64,000 nt of DNA from Corallococcus coralloides (GCF_044792175.1 NZ_CP172866.1), one strand, 5' to 3'. Shown: positions 1-10,171, counted from the stretch's first letter. Translations and numbers: made by a program. Notes: a model not told the origin generated them from the letters alone.

Positions 1-122
1 TGATCTTCGTCACCCCGCGCATCGTGAACCCGGACTCGGACAAGGTCCGCAGCATCATCGAGGACGTGAAGACCCGCTACAAGCAGGCCCGCTCCGAGGT
101 GAACTTCAACATCTTCGACTGA
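1..122 (+). CDS. Secretin family protein, C-terminal fragment (CpaC/GspD-like); 5' end lies outside the window
   Basis: In-frame translation ...IFVTPRIVNPDSDKVRSIIEDVKTRYKQARSEVNFNIFD* ends at TGA 120-122. The IFVTPRIV motif is typical of the secretin C-terminal domain. It sits directly upstream of a CpaF-type ATPase. Confidence 0.5.
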   Translation, partial: IFVTPRIVNPDSDKVRSIIEDVKTRYKQARSEVNFNIFD

Positions 123-271
123 CGGCCTTTCGCGCCGCCACGTCGGATCCGGGCCGGCCCCATCCCTGCTTCAGAGGGGGAGGGTGCCGGCCCGTTCGTT
201 TCCGGGCAGCAGGCGGGCGAGCGTCTCAGGAGTCTTTGAGGTCGTAGGAGGGCTTGGTAGCATCCCGACCC

Positions 272-2023
272 ATGTTTCTCATCACGCTGACGGAGAAGGG
301 CGGCGGCTCGGAGCAGCGGGAGTACCCCAAGAACGAGATCACGATCGGCCGGATTGCTGGCAACGACATCGTGCTCGCCAAGGGGAACGTCTCCAAGACC
401 CACTCCCGCATCGTCGAAAAGGACGGCCGCTTCATCATCGTGGACATGAAGTCCACGAACGGCACCTTCGTGAACGGCAAGAAGATCGCCGGGCCCATGG
501 TGCTCAAGCCGACCGACCAGGTCTCCATCGGCGACTACATCCTCAACGTCGAGCCGCTGGAAGAAGAGCCCGCCGACGAGGGCTACGACGAGGAGCAGGG
601 CGAGGAGGCCTACGAGGAAGAGGCCTACGAGGAGGAGGAGCCCTACGAGGAGGAGCCGCCTCCGCCCGCCCCCGCGGCGCCCAGCCGCATGCCCGCGTCC
701 ATGGCCGCGGCCATGGCGAAGAACAAGCGCAAGGTGGACCCCCGGCTGGAGCGCTACTCGCGGCTCCAGAAGGAGATCCACGACCGGCTCATCGAGTACC
801 TGGACCTGCGCCGCATGGACATGGACCGGCTCGGGGACGAGGAGCTCTGGCGCCGCACCGAAAAGGCCATCCGGGACATCATCGACCAGATGGAGGCGGA
901 CCAGGAGCTCCCCGGGGACGTGGACCGGGAGGAGCTGCTCACCGACGTCATCAACGAGGCGCTGGGCCTGGGGCCCCTGGAGGCGTTCCTCGCGTCGGAA
1001 GAGATCAGCGAGATCATGGTGAACCACGCCAACCAGATCTACATCGAGCGCAAGGGCAAGCTGACCCTGTCGGAGAAGACGTTCTCCTCCAACCAGGCGG
1101 TGCTCGGCGTCATCGAGCGCATCGTGGCGCCCATCGGCCGCCGCATCGACGAGTCCAGCCCGCTGGTGGACGCGCGCCTCAAGGACGGCAGCCGCGTGAA
1201 CGCCATCATCCCGCCGCTGGCGCTCAAGGGCCCCTGCATCACCATCCGCAAGTTCAAGAAGGACGCGCTGAAGATCCAGGACCTCATCAAGTACAAGACC
1301 ATCACCGCGCAGATGGCCGAGTTCCTGGAGATGTGCGTGACGGCCCGGCGCAACATCGTCATCTCCGGCGGCACGGGCTCCGGGAAGACGACGACGCTGA
1401 ACATCATCAGCTCGTTCATCCCGGAGGGTGAGCGCATCATCACGGTGGAGGACGCGGCGGAGCTCCAACTGCCGCAGGACCACTGGGTGCAGTTGGAGAG
1501 CCGCCCGCCCAACCTGGAAGGCAAGGGCGCCATCACCATCCGCGAGCTGGTGAAGAACTGCCTGCGCATGCGGCCGGACCGCATCGTGGTGGGCGAGTGC
1601 CGCTCCGGTGAGACGCTGGACATGCTCCAGGCCATGAACACCGGCCACGACGGTTCGCTCACCACGCTGCACGCGAACACGCCGCGCGACGCCATCGCCC
1701 GGCTGGAGACCATGGTGCTCATGTCCGGCATGGAGCTGCCGGTGAAGGCCATCCGCGAGCAGATCGCCAGCGCCGTGCACCTCATCGTGCAGCAGACGCG
1801 CTTCTCCGACGGGACGCGCAAGATCTGCTTCGTCACGGAGGTGTCCGGCATGGAGGTCGACATCGTGACCCTCCAGGACATCTTCTATTACAAGCAGGAC
1901 GGCTTCACGGAGGACCACAAGGTGCGCGGGCGCTTCGTGGCTTCGGGCTTCGTGCCGAAGTTCTACGACGAGCTCCAGCGCAAGGGCATCCCCGTGAACA
2001 TGAGCATCTTCCGCGAGGACTGA
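272..2023 (+). CDS. FHA-domain-containing Tad/CpaF-type secretion ATPase (type II/IV secretion NTPase)
   Basis: ORF 254..2023 (TTG); an in-frame ATG at 272 is preferred. It has an N-terminal FHA fold (EITIGR..NDIVL..VSKTHSRI..TNGTFVNG) and an acidic E/Y-rich linker. The C-terminus is a CpaF/TadA ATPase with Walker A (GGTGSGKTTTLN) and RPDRIVVGECR/His-box motifs. Confidence 0.85.
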   Translation: MFLITLTEKGGGSEQREYPKNEITIGRIAGNDIVLAKGNVSKTHSRIVEKDGRFIIVDMKSTNGTFVNGKKIAGPMVLKPTDQVSIGDYILNVEPLEEEPADEGYDEEQGEEAYEEEAYEEEEPYEEEPPPPAPAAPSRMPASMAAAMAKNKRKVDPRLERYSRLQKEIHDRLIEYLDLRRMDMDRLGDEELWRRTEKAIRDIIDQMEADQELPGDVDREELLTDVINEALGLGPLEAFLASEEISEIMVNHANQIYIERKGKLTLSEKTFSSNQAVLGVIERIVAPIGRRIDESSPLVDARLKDGSRVNAIIPPLALKGPCITIRKFKKDALKIQDLIKYKTITAQMAEFLEMCVTARRNIVISGGTGSGKTTTLNIISSFIPEGERIITVEDAAELQLPQDHWVQLESRPPNLEGKGAITIRELVKNCLRMRPDRIVVGECRSGETLDMLQAMNTGHDGSLTTLHANTPRDAIARLETMVLMSGMELPVKAIREQIASAVHLIVQQTRFSDGTRKICFVTEVSGMEVDIVTLQDIFYYKQDGFTEDHKVRGRFVASGFVPKFYDELQRKGIPVNMSIFRED

Positions 2024-2030
2024 CGCGTCC

Positions 2031-2561
2031 ATGCCTACCCTGGTCGTCCGTCACCCTGACGGCACTGAGCACGAGCACGAGATCGCGGGCGAGCTGAAGA
2101 TCGGCCGCCAGCAGGGCAATGACCTGGTCCTCACGGAAGGCGGGGTGTCGCGGCAGCACGCGCGCGTCTACGTGGAGGGCGGCGCCGTCTACATCGAGGA
2201 CGGGGGCAGCCAGAACGGCACCTTCGTGGACGGCGAGCGCATCGAGGGGCCCACGGCGCTGACGCCGGCCTCGCAGGTGCTGCTGGGCGACTACGAGCTG
2301 AAGCTCAAGGGCAGCGCCCGGAGCACCAGCGGCCGCCGCGCGGCGACGCCTCCTCCCGGCGATCCCGCGACGCTCGCGGACGCGCCCGTGAAGGGCACGC
2401 GCGCCATGCCCAGCATCCGCGCCAAGGCCACGCAGAACGGGGCCGCGAAGCCCGAGGGCGCGCTGGCGAAGCGGCCGGCGCGCTCGCGACGTCCGCGGGC
2501 GCGGGGGCCGCTGCCGCGGCGGCGGCGGGCGCGAGCTCGGGGCCGGTGCTCAAGGGCATGA
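2031..2561 (+). CDS. FHA domain protein
   Basis: The N-terminal ~95 aa form an FHA domain (LKIGRQQGNDLVL..VSRQHARV..NGTFVDGERI). The tail is Arg/Pro-rich and low-complexity. It overlaps the next gene by 16 nt. Confidence 0.65.
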   Translation: MPTLVVRHPDGTEHEHEIAGELKIGRQQGNDLVLTEGGVSRQHARVYVEGGAVYIEDGGSQNGTFVDGERIEGPTALTPASQVLLGDYELKLKGSARSTSGRRAATPPPGDPATLADAPVKGTRAMPSIRAKATQNGAAKPEGALAKRPARSRRPRARGPLPRRRRARARGRCSRA

Positions 2562-4255
2562 CGGGGCCTTGGGCGGGCAAGTCCTATCCCATCAACGGCA
2601 CGGTGCTGGTGGGCCGGGCGCCTCCGGCGGCGGTCGTCCTGGATGACGACTCCGTGAGCCGGAAGCACGCGGAGGTGAAGCGCGAGGGCTCCGGCGTCAT
2701 CGCGCGCGACCTGGGCAGCGCCAACGGCACCCTGCTCAACGGCGAGCTGCTGGGCGAGGAGTTCGTCGACCTGCAGCCCGGGGACGTCCTCCAGTTCGGC
2801 GTGGTGGAGATGACCTACGAGGCCGCCGACACGCCCTCGCGCCGTCCCGGTGCGGGCGCGGCGCCGGCCCGTCGCGGCGGCCGGGCGGCTCCCGAGGCGG
2901 ACAAGAAGCGCAAGCTGCTGGTGGTCGCGGGCGGAGTGATCGCGCTGCTGGCGGTGGCGGCGGTGGTGAAGACCTCCATCGGGGCGCCGCAGAAGGCGCA
3001 GAAGACGGGGCCCGCCGCGCCGCTGGATCCCGCGGCGCAGGTGCAGGAGTTCCTCAGCGAGTGCCGCTCGTACTCCTCCAACGAGATGGGGGCTCCCGAC
3101 TGGGACCGCGCCGAGAAGGCGTGCGAGCAGGCCCTGGACATGGACCCCATCAACGCCGAGGCGAACACCCTCGTGCGGCGCATCAAGCTGGAGAAGGAGG
3201 CCTTCGGCAACTTCGAGGCCGCGAAGAAGGCCATCGAACTCAACCGCGAGAAGGACGCGCTGGAGTACCTGCGCAAGATTCCGAAGGAGAGCGAGTACTT
3301 CCGCCGCGCCCGCTCCAAGGCGAAGGAGACGGCCGAGCAGTTCGTGGAGCGCGCGAAGTTCGACTGCAATCGCTACCTGAACAACTCGCAGTGGGGGCCA
3401 GCGGTCCAGCGCTGCCAGCAGTACATGGAAGTGTGGTGCCAGAAGCAGAGCAAGGAGGACCTGGAGCCGCCCATCGGTCAGACGCTCCGCCTGGAGGGCG
3501 GCCTGCGCAAGAACGAGTGGCGCCCCAAGGACGCCATGTTCGTGAAGTTCCTGGTGGCCCGCAACCGCGTGGACCGCAACGCCCAGCCGTGGACGTGCCC
3601 GGTGTCCGACATCCTGCAGGAGGACGGGCTGGGCGTGGATCAGGCCAGCGAGGTGCGCGCCATGTTCGCCAAGCGCTACGCACCGAAGCTCGTCCAGGCG
3701 GCGATGATGGACTACTGGAACGGCCGCGGCAGCGAGGCCATGGCGACGCTGCAGAAGCTGCGCTCGAAGGAGGACCAGGCGCAGTACCACCAGTTGGCGG
3801 ACGACCTCATCCGCGACGTGTCCAACGTGGATCAGCTCTTCAAGACGGGCGAGAGCTCCATCACCAACGACGACCCCGAGCGCGCGGTGGCGCCGTTCAA
3901 GGACGCGCTGGCGACGGACAAGCGCATCATGGCGGAGCTGGCGGAGTCGCACCTGTCCTTCTACCGGAAGAACATGTTCCAGGACCTGGCGGCCTCCGCC
4001 TACCTGCGCGGCAAGCACTTCGCCGACCGCGAGGACCGCCGCCGTGGCTGCCGCATCTGGAAGATGGGCTTCGACTTCTACAAGGGCAACACGAACCTGA
4101 ACCGCGTGGTGGCCTTCTGCTCCACGCAGGCGCAGAACGCGTTGAACAACGTGGGCGGTTGCTCGGACTTCCAGGCGGTGGAGGACTACGCCGTGCCGGG
4201 TGACGGCATCGCCGAGCAGATGGCCGCGAAGAAGGCCGAGCTGAAGTGCCGCTGA
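2546..4255 (+). CDS. FHA domain - transmembrane - large periplasmic domain protein
   Basis: GTG start at 2546 (alternative ATG at 2558). It has an FHA domain (VLVGRAPP..VSRKHAEV..ANGTLLNGE) and one TM helix (LLVVAGGVIALLAVAAVVKT). The C-terminal domain is ~400 aa, Cys-containing, helical and TPR-like. Codon bias is high-GC3. Confidence 0.65.
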   Translation: MLKGMTGPWAGKSYPINGTVLVGRAPPAAVVLDDDSVSRKHAEVKREGSGVIARDLGSANGTLLNGELLGEEFVDLQPGDVLQFGVVEMTYEAADTPSRRPGAGAAPARRGGRAAPEADKKRKLLVVAGGVIALLAVAAVVKTSIGAPQKAQKTGPAAPLDPAAQVQEFLSECRSYSSNEMGAPDWDRAEKACEQALDMDPINAEANTLVRRIKLEKEAFGNFEAAKKAIELNREKDALEYLRKIPKESEYFRRARSKAKETAEQFVERAKFDCNRYLNNSQWGPAVQRCQQYMEVWCQKQSKEDLEPPIGQTLRLEGGLRKNEWRPKDAMFVKFLVARNRVDRNAQPWTCPVSDILQEDGLGVDQASEVRAMFAKRYAPKLVQAAMMDYWNGRGSEAMATLQKLRSKEDQAQYHQLADDLIRDVSNVDQLFKTGESSITNDDPERAVAPFKDALATDKRIMAELAESHLSFYRKNMFQDLAASAYLRGKHFADREDRRRGCRIWKMGFDFYKGNTNLNRVVAFCSTQAQNALNNVGGCSDFQAVEDYAVPGDGIAEQMAAKKAELKCR

Positions 4256-4314
4256 GCGGCGCTCCGGTGTGGGGCTTCGTGGACAGACAGCGGTAGGCGC
4301 GCTAGGGACGGGGG

Positions 4315-7020
4315 ATGGCCGACACCAGCCCCCCGCGCTCCGAGCGCCGCCTGGCGCTCTTCGACGCCTCTGGCTTCATCTTCCGCGCCTATCACGCCAT
4401 CCCCCCGCTCACGACGAGCAAGGGGGTGCCCACCAACGCGGTGCTGGGCTTCACCCGCATGGTGCTCAAGGCCCTGCAGGAGCTGAAGCCCACGCACGTG
4501 GCGCTGGCGTTCGACAAGTCCGGCCGCGTGGAGCGTCAGAAGATCGACCCCACGTACAAGGCGAACCGCAAGGCGCCGCCGGAGGACCTGACGCCCCAGT
4601 TCCCGCTCATCCGCAAGGTGGGTGACGTGCTGAACCTGCCCTCGCTGGACGCGGAGGGCTGGGAGGCGGACGACGTCATCGGCACGCTGGCGATGCAGGC
4701 GAAGGCGGAGGGCTTCCAGGTCCTGGTCATCACCAGCGACAAGGACTTCATGCAGATCGTCGACGAGGACATCACCCTCTTCGACCCCGCGAAGAACAAG
4801 CGCATCGGCGTCGCGGACGTGCAGGAGAAGATGGGCATCCTGCCCGGGCAGGTGCGCGACTTCCTGGCCCTGGTGGGCGACGCGGTGGACAACGTCGCCA
4901 AGGTGCCCGGCGTGGGCGACAAGACGGCGGTGGAGCTGCTCCACCAGTTCGGCGACGTGGAGACGCTGCTCGCGCGCGTGGAGGAGGTGAAGAAGCCGAA
5001 GATCCGCGCGGCGCTGGAGTCCCACCGCGAGAGCCTGACGCGCGCCAAGCAGCTCGTCACGTTCAACACCGGGCTGGCGCTCAACGTGAAGCTGGACGAC
5101 CTGGTCCGCCGCGCGCCGGACGCCACGCGCGCCAGGGACCTGTTCACGGAGCTGGAGTTCTACGCGCTCCTGCGCGACCTGCCCGCGGAGGAGGCCCCGG
5201 CCCGGCCGGACGTGGCGCCGCTCGCCACCACCACCACGCTGGTCACCACCGAGGCGGAGCTGAAGGCGCTGGCGGACGCGGCGAAGGCGGCCGGGGCCCT
5301 CACGCTGGTGCCCGCCTTCGAGGGCATGCCCTTCGCGGCGCCCCTGGTGGGCCTGGGCGTGGCGCTGCCGGACGGCTCCACGCGCTACGTGCCGCTGCGC
5401 CACCAGCAACTGGGCGCCACCCAGGTACCGGTGGCGGCCTTCACCTCGGTGATGAAGGACGTCGTGGCGGACGCGGCGGTGAAGAAGGGCGGACACGACC
5501 TCAAGGCGCTCACGCTGGTGCTGGCCAATGAGGGGCTGACGCTGGAGGGCGCGCACGACGACGTGGAGCTCTTGAGCTACCTGCTCAACCCGTCGCGCCG
5601 GGAGCACGCGCTGGCGGACCTGGCGCGGGAGCGGCTGCGCTCGGAGCTGCCCGCGCTGCCCGCGTCGGTGGAGGGCAAGAAGGGGCGGCCGCTGGCGGAC
5701 CACGGGCCGGAGGAGGTGGCCGCGGCGTACGCGGTGCGCGCGGACGCGGCGCGCAGGCTGGCGCCGGAGCTGTGGAAGGAGCTGGAGCTGGGCGGGCTCG
5801 CGGAGCTGGCGCGCACGCTGGAGCTGCCGCTGCTGCCCGTGCTCGCGCGCATGGAGCGCGAGGGCGTGAAGCTGGACGTGGCGGAGCTGGGCCGCACGTC
5901 CGAGCGCGTGGACGTGGAGGTGAAGGCGAAGGAGGCCGAGTGCCACCAGGCCGCGGGCCACGCCTTCAACCTGGGCTCCAACCCGCAACTGGCGCAGGTG
6001 CTCTACGAGGAGCAGAAGCTGCCCATCCTCAAGCGCGGCAAGACGGGCCCGTCCACGGACCAGGAGGTGCTGGAGAAGCTGGCGGAGGAGCACCACAGCG
6101 TGCTGGCGCGCGCGTTGATCGAATACCGGGGCCTGTCCAAGCTCAAGAGCACCTACCTGGACACGCTGCCCACGCTGGTGGCGGAGGACGGGCGCATCCA
6201 CACCACGTACCACCAGGCGGCCACCGCCACCGGCCGGCTGTCCTCGTCCGACCCGAACCTCCAGAACATCCCCATCCGCACGGAGCTGGGGCGGGAGATC
6301 CGCCGCGCCTTCGTGGCGGACGCGGGGCACCAACTGGTGAGCGCGGACTACTCGCAGATTGAGCTGCGGCTGTTGGCGCACATCGCGGAGGACCCGGTGC
6401 TCATCGAGGCCTTCCGCAACGACGAGGACATCCACAGCCGCACGGCGGCGGAGATCTTCGGCGTGGACCCCAAGGACGTGGACCGCGAGCAGCGCCGCGT
6501 GGCGAAGACGGTGAACTTCGGCATCGCCTACGGCCTGTCCGCGCACGGCCTGTCCACGCGCCTGGGCATCTCCCAGGAGAACGCGCGCGACGTCATCGAG
6601 CGGTACTTCACCCGGTACGCGGGCATCCGCCAGTACCTGGAGGACACCGTGGAGAAGGCGCGCAAGGTGGGCTACGTGGAGACGCTCTACGGCCGCCGCC
6701 GCCTGATGGGGGACCTGCTCTCCAAGAACCGGGCGGTGGCCCAGGCCGCCGAGCGCGCCGCCATCAACATGCCCATCCAGGGCACCGCCGCGGACCTGAT
6801 GAAGAAGGCCATGCTGGCCGTGGACGCCGCGCTCAAGGAGCAGAAGCTGAAGACGCGCGTGCTCCTGCAGGTGCACGACGAACTGCTCTTCGAGGCGCCG
6901 GACGCGGAGGTGGAGGCCGTGAAGGCCCTGGCCGTGAAGAGCATGGCCTCCGTCGCCGAGCTGAAGGTGCCGCTCAAGGTGGAGGTGGGCGCGGGGAAGA
7001 GCTGGGCGGACGCGCACTGA
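4315..7020 (+). CDS. polA: DNA polymerase I
   Basis: 901 aa. The N-terminus has the 5'-3' exonuclease signature (LFDASGFIFRAYHA). The Klenow polymerase motifs are present: RLSSSDPNLQNIPIR, DYSQIELR, VHDELLFE. Confidence 0.95.
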   Translation: MADTSPPRSERRLALFDASGFIFRAYHAIPPLTTSKGVPTNAVLGFTRMVLKALQELKPTHVALAFDKSGRVERQKIDPTYKANRKAPPEDLTPQFPLIRKVGDVLNLPSLDAEGWEADDVIGTLAMQAKAEGFQVLVITSDKDFMQIVDEDITLFDPAKNKRIGVADVQEKMGILPGQVRDFLALVGDAVDNVAKVPGVGDKTAVELLHQFGDVETLLARVEEVKKPKIRAALESHRESLTRAKQLVTFNTGLALNVKLDDLVRRAPDATRARDLFTELEFYALLRDLPAEEAPARPDVAPLATTTTLVTTEAELKALADAAKAAGALTLVPAFEGMPFAAPLVGLGVALPDGSTRYVPLRHQQLGATQVPVAAFTSVMKDVVADAAVKKGGHDLKALTLVLANEGLTLEGAHDDVELLSYLLNPSRREHALADLARERLRSELPALPASVEGKKGRPLADHGPEEVAAAYAVRADAARRLAPELWKELELGGLAELARTLELPLLPVLARMEREGVKLDVAELGRTSERVDVEVKAKEAECHQAAGHAFNLGSNPQLAQVLYEEQKLPILKRGKTGPSTDQEVLEKLAEEHHSVLARALIEYRGLSKLKSTYLDTLPTLVAEDGRIHTTYHQAATATGRLSSSDPNLQNIPIRTELGREIRRAFVADAGHQLVSADYSQIELRLLAHIAEDPVLIEAFRNDEDIHSRTAAEIFGVDPKDVDREQRRVAKTVNFGIAYGLSAHGLSTRLGISQENARDVIERYFTRYAGIRQYLEDTVEKARKVGYVETLYGRRRLMGDLLSKNRAVAQAAERAAINMPIQGTAADLMKKAMLAVDAALKEQKLKTRVLLQVHDELLFEAPDAEVEAVKALAVKSMASVAELKVPLKVEVGAGKSWADAH

Positions 7021-7032
7021 GCACGAAAAAAC

Positions 7033-7068
7033 GCGGGAGAGCGCCCACCCCCGTAGGCGCCCTCCCGC
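7033..7068. terminator. GC-rich hairpin just 3' of polA (candidate intrinsic/bidirectional terminator)
   Basis: GCGGGAGAGCGCC(7033-7045)-loop-GGCGCCCTCCCGC(7056-7068) forms a 12-bp stem with one mismatch. An A6 tract precedes it, which would be a U-tract for the minus strand. The hairpin lies 13 nt after the polA stop. No U-tract follows on the plus strand. Confidence 0.45.
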
Positions 7069-7316
7069 TGCCCCATCCCCAATCCCCCCGACAAAACATG
7101 CCGATCCGTCCGACCGGCGGAGCGCGCGGACCCCCATCCACGCGTTCCGGCGTTCGACTGTGTGCGGCTCACCGCTCCCCCGAGCAGGAACTCGCACCCT
7201 CAAGGCGCGTCACGGACCCCCATCCATGACAGCGCTCCCTCCCGCCAGCCCCCGGACCCTTCCTCAATGAGGAGTGTCAAGCCGGACGGATCGGCAAACC
7301 TTTAAACCCAATCCTC

Positions 7317-7928
7317 TCAATGCATGGCGGACCGCTCGTCGCGGCGGCCCATGGGGGCCCGGCGCGCGTGGGACGGCCGCTCGAAGTACTCCACCACCAG
7401 ACCGCCGAACGGCACCCGGGGCCCATCCGCCTTCGGGTCCGCCATCCGCTGGAGCAGCGCCACCGCGCTGTCCACGGCCTCGTCGAGCGCGCTGTTGATG
7501 CGCTGGCGCTCCGCGTCTCCACCGCCCAGCACCTCCAGGGCGTCCACCAGGCACCGCCGCAGCAGTGCGAACTCGTCATGCAGGGCGCGCGCGCCACGCT
7601 CCGGCGCCAGGCGCAGCACCGCGCGGGTGCGGCTCCAGGGGCTGGACTCCACGCCCTCCAGCGTCAGCCCCAGCTCCCGGACGAAGGGCTCCACCAGTCC
7701 GTCCAGCAGGCTGGGGCCCGGAACGCCCTGGCCCTCGTGCGCCGCCAGCCGCATCCGCCGCCACAGGGCCGCGATGCGCTCCGGCTGCTTGCTGAAGACC
7801 CGGGCCGCCCCGGCCTTCTTCCGTCCCCGCTCCGCCGCCATGTCCGTTGTCGTCCGCATCGCGAGCAAAGACATAGCAAGGGCTTTGCCAACGCCAGACG
7901 GTTGCCGGTCCCCAGTGAAATCGCCCAC
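7317..7928 (-). CDS. Hypothetical protein
   Basis: 203-aa ORF with strong GC3 bias in this frame and no recognisable domain. It is convergent with polA. Confidence 0.45.
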   Translation of the reverse strand: MGDFTGDRQPSGVGKALAMSLLAMRTTTDMAAERGRKKAGAARVFSKQPERIAALWRRMRLAAHEGQGVPGPSLLDGLVEPFVRELGLTLEGVESSPWSRTRAVLRLAPERGARALHDEFALLRRCLVDALEVLGGGDAERQRINSALDEAVDSAVALLQRMADPKADGPRVPFGGLVVEYFERPSHARRAPMGRRDERSAMH

Positions 7929-8041
7929 TTGGGCAATGGGGCTGCCCTGAAGGGTGGCCGGAGGACGTAAATCCTACGGGGCGGGTGTTGAAAGGCGGGG
8001 GGCAGGGGAAGAACCTTCCCTGCCTGGGAACGCCGCGCCTC

Positions 8042-9337
8042 TCAGTGGAGCGTCGGCTTGGGCGGGCGGCCCGACGGGGCCTCGCCGTCCAGCTCGTACT
8101 CGCCGCTGGGGGACTCCAGCTCCTCGTCATCCCCGTCCATACCGTCCGGGCCCTCTGGATGGCCCGCGCCCGACTCCAACGTCTCCGGCGCGCCCTCCAG
8201 GGCCTCCGGCTGGCTGGGCGCGGACGGATTGGGCGGGGCGGCGGGCGGGGTGGCGGCGGGCCACTCCGGCCAGGGGAGGGCGGGGGACAGCGGCTCGGCG
8301 CCGTCCACGGGGACGGGCCCCGCGGCGCGGGCGGCGGCGAGCAGGCGCAGCGCGGCGTCCTCGGCGGCGTCCTCCGCGGCCAGCTCCGTCATGCGGGCGG
8401 CCTTCTGGCGCATGCGGCGCGCGAAGGCGGCCACGCACAGGATGGAGGCCGTGAGCCACAGGAGCGCGGAGCTGGTGGTGAGCGGCAGCCAGCCGTAGCG
8501 GGCCGCGAGCCCCTCGCGCCAGTCCTGCTCCTCCAGCAGCAGCGACGTGCGGAAGGCCTTGCCGAAGGCCTGCTCGAAGGGCTCACCCGCGCGCACGCCG
8601 TCCACCAGCAGGCCCATGGCGTGCGCGCCGTGCTTGCCGGTGAGGAACGCCACGAAGGCGGCGCTCTGGGCGTAGGCGATTTCGACGTCCGCGGGCACGT
8701 CCGGCCACTCGTCGGACAGGTCCTCGAAGTGGAAGACGCGCTCCTGGGTCACCGCGCGGAAGAGGGCGCTGTAGTGGGCGACGGAGAAGCGCTCGTCGGT
8801 GAGGTTCTGCGCCACGCCCTCCTGGAACCAGCGCGGCCAGTCCTTCGCGAGCTGGCCCAGCGCCACGTGCGCCAGCTCGTGCCGCAGCGTGGTGGGGCCC
8901 TCCGAGTCGCTCAGGCTGAGCGCGTCCAGCAGGATGATCTGATGCCCGGGGTAGGCGAGCGCCACGGCCCAGCCCGGAGGCTTGCCACCGGGGAGCGCCA
9001 GCGCCTCGAACTCCTGGCGGCCCACGCCCAGGCGGATTTCAGTGGTGCCCGGCCAGTCGCGCCCCAGCATCGCGCCGAAGGCATCCCGCACGCCTTCAAT
9101 CTGCCCGGCCAGGGCCCGGGCCGCGCCCGCAGCCTTCGCGGTGTGGAGGATGACGAAGCGCTGCGTCTTCAGCTCCCCCGCGACGATGGCCGGGCGGGCG
9201 TGGGGCACGAGCGCGGCGTCCGTGACGACGGCCTCCGAGGCGTGGATGCCCCGGGGGCCTTCCTCCTGCGCGAACACGCCCGGCGAGGCCAGCAGCATCA
9301 TCAAGAAGGCGAACAGGCGGAGCATGCGTGGCCTCAC
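8042..9337 (-). CDS. Putative zinc metallopeptidase (HExxH...E) with signal peptide, C-terminal TM anchor and Pro-rich tail
   Basis: N-terminal signal peptide [29 protein letters not shown]..(15)..E gluzincin-like motif. A TM helix ([15 protein letters not shown]) is followed by a P/A/E-rich low-complexity tail. The start overlaps the YggU stop (ATGA). Confidence 0.55.
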   Translation of the reverse strand: MRPRMLRLFAFLMMLLASPGVFAQEEGPRGIHASEAVVTDAALVPHARPAIVAGELKTQRFVILHTAKAAGAARALAGQIEGVRDAFGAMLGRDWPGTTEIRLGVGRQEFEALALPGGKPPGWAVALAYPGHQIILLDALSLSDSEGPTTLRHELAHVALGQLAKDWPRWFQEGVAQNLTDERFSVAHYSALFRAVTQERVFHFEDLSDEWPDVPADVEIAYAQSAAFVAFLTGKHGAHAMGLLVDGVRAGEPFEQAFGKAFRTSLLLEEQDWREGLAARYGWLPLTTSSALLWLTASILCVAAFARRMRQKAARMTELAAEDAAEDAALRLLAAARAAGPVPVDGAEPLSPALPWPEWPAATPPAAPPNPSAPSQPEALEGAPETLESGAGHPEGPDGMDGDDEELESPSGEYELDGEAPSGRPPKPTLH

Positions 9338-9633
9338 GGTCCACCAGAGATAACAGCCTCGGCCGCCGCCGCATCAACCCCTTCCACCCTCAATCGCTTA
9401 CGGCGCGACGTGTCACCCGCCACGAGTGTCACCTGGCGACGCGGCACGCCCAGCGTTTTGGCGATGAATTCCACCAGGGCCGCATTCGCTTCACCATCCA
9501 CGGGCGGCGCGGCGAGCTGGATTTTAAGCTGGCCGTCATGCTCGCCCACCACCTTGGTGCGGGACGCGCGCGGCTGGACGAGCACCGTCAGCTCCACCCC
9601 GGCGGGTATGGCCTTGATCCAGGGGGCGGTCAT
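9334..9633 (-). CDS. yggU: YggU/DUF167 family protein
   Basis: 99 aa; the motif pattern ...[34 protein letters not shown] matches DUF167. It sits immediately downstream of divIVA, as in many genomes. Confidence 0.8.
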   Translation of the reverse strand: MTAPWIKAIPAGVELTVLVQPRASRTKVVGEHDGQLKIQLAAPPVDGEANAALVEFIAKTLGVPRRQVTLVAGDTSRRKRLRVEGVDAAAAEAVISGGP

Positions 9634-9643
9634 GCGCGTGACG

Positions 9644-10171
9644 CTAGTCGTTGGAGGTGGCCTTCTTCTGCGACAGGAACGCGACGTTGTCCTCCACGCG
9701 CGCGTAGTCGCGGTCCGCGAAGGTGGGCGCGGCGAACGTCTCCAGCAGCTTGCGGTGGGCCTCCACCACGGAGCGCACCTGCGACTCGAACTGGGTGCGC
9801 TGGCGCTTGAGCTCGTTGATGTCCTCCACCACCTGCACCAGCCGTTGGTGGGCGCCGTGGACGATCTTCTCCGCCTGGTGCTCCGCGTCCGCGATGATGA
9901 TCTCCGCTTCCTTCTTCGCGGCGTCCTTCAGGTCCTCGCTGATGCGCTGGGCGGTGACCATCGTCTCCTGGAGGGTGCGCTCGCGCTCCTGATGCTGCTC
10001 GAGCCGCGCCTGCGTGCGCTTCAGCTCCTCCTTGAGCGCGATGTTCTCCTTCACCACCTCCTCGAACTCGCCGGCGATCAGCTCCAGGTACGCGCCCACT
10101 TCGGGACGCGCGAAGCCGCGCATCACCGTCTCGAAGCGCTTCTGCCGGATGTCGAGGGGGGTGATCTTCAT
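9644..10171 (-). CDS. divIVA: DivIVA domain cell-division/polarity protein
   Basis: The N-terminus [25 protein letters not shown] is the DivIVA signature, followed by a coiled coil. Confidence 0.85.
   Translation of the reverse strand: MKITPLDIRQKRFETVMRGFARPEVGAYLELIAGEFEEVVKENIALKEELKRTQARLEQHQERERTLQETMVTAQRISEDLKDAAKKEAEIIIADAEHQAEKIVHGAHQRLVQVVEDINELKRQRTQFESQVRSVVEAHRKLLETFAAPTFADRDYARVEDNVAFLSQKKATSND

Noticed and set aside
4186-7203. 1005-aa minus-strand ORF antisense to polA, and many similar long ORFs (e.g. 77..2032, 2291..4018, 24292..25905, 37811..41326, 58657..59949, 61475..63661)
   Set aside because: These are typical high-GC antisense or shifted-frame artefacts. They have Arg/Ala/Gly/Pro-dominated low-complexity translations and no domain signatures. 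Each overlaps a convincingly annotated gene on the other strand or frame.
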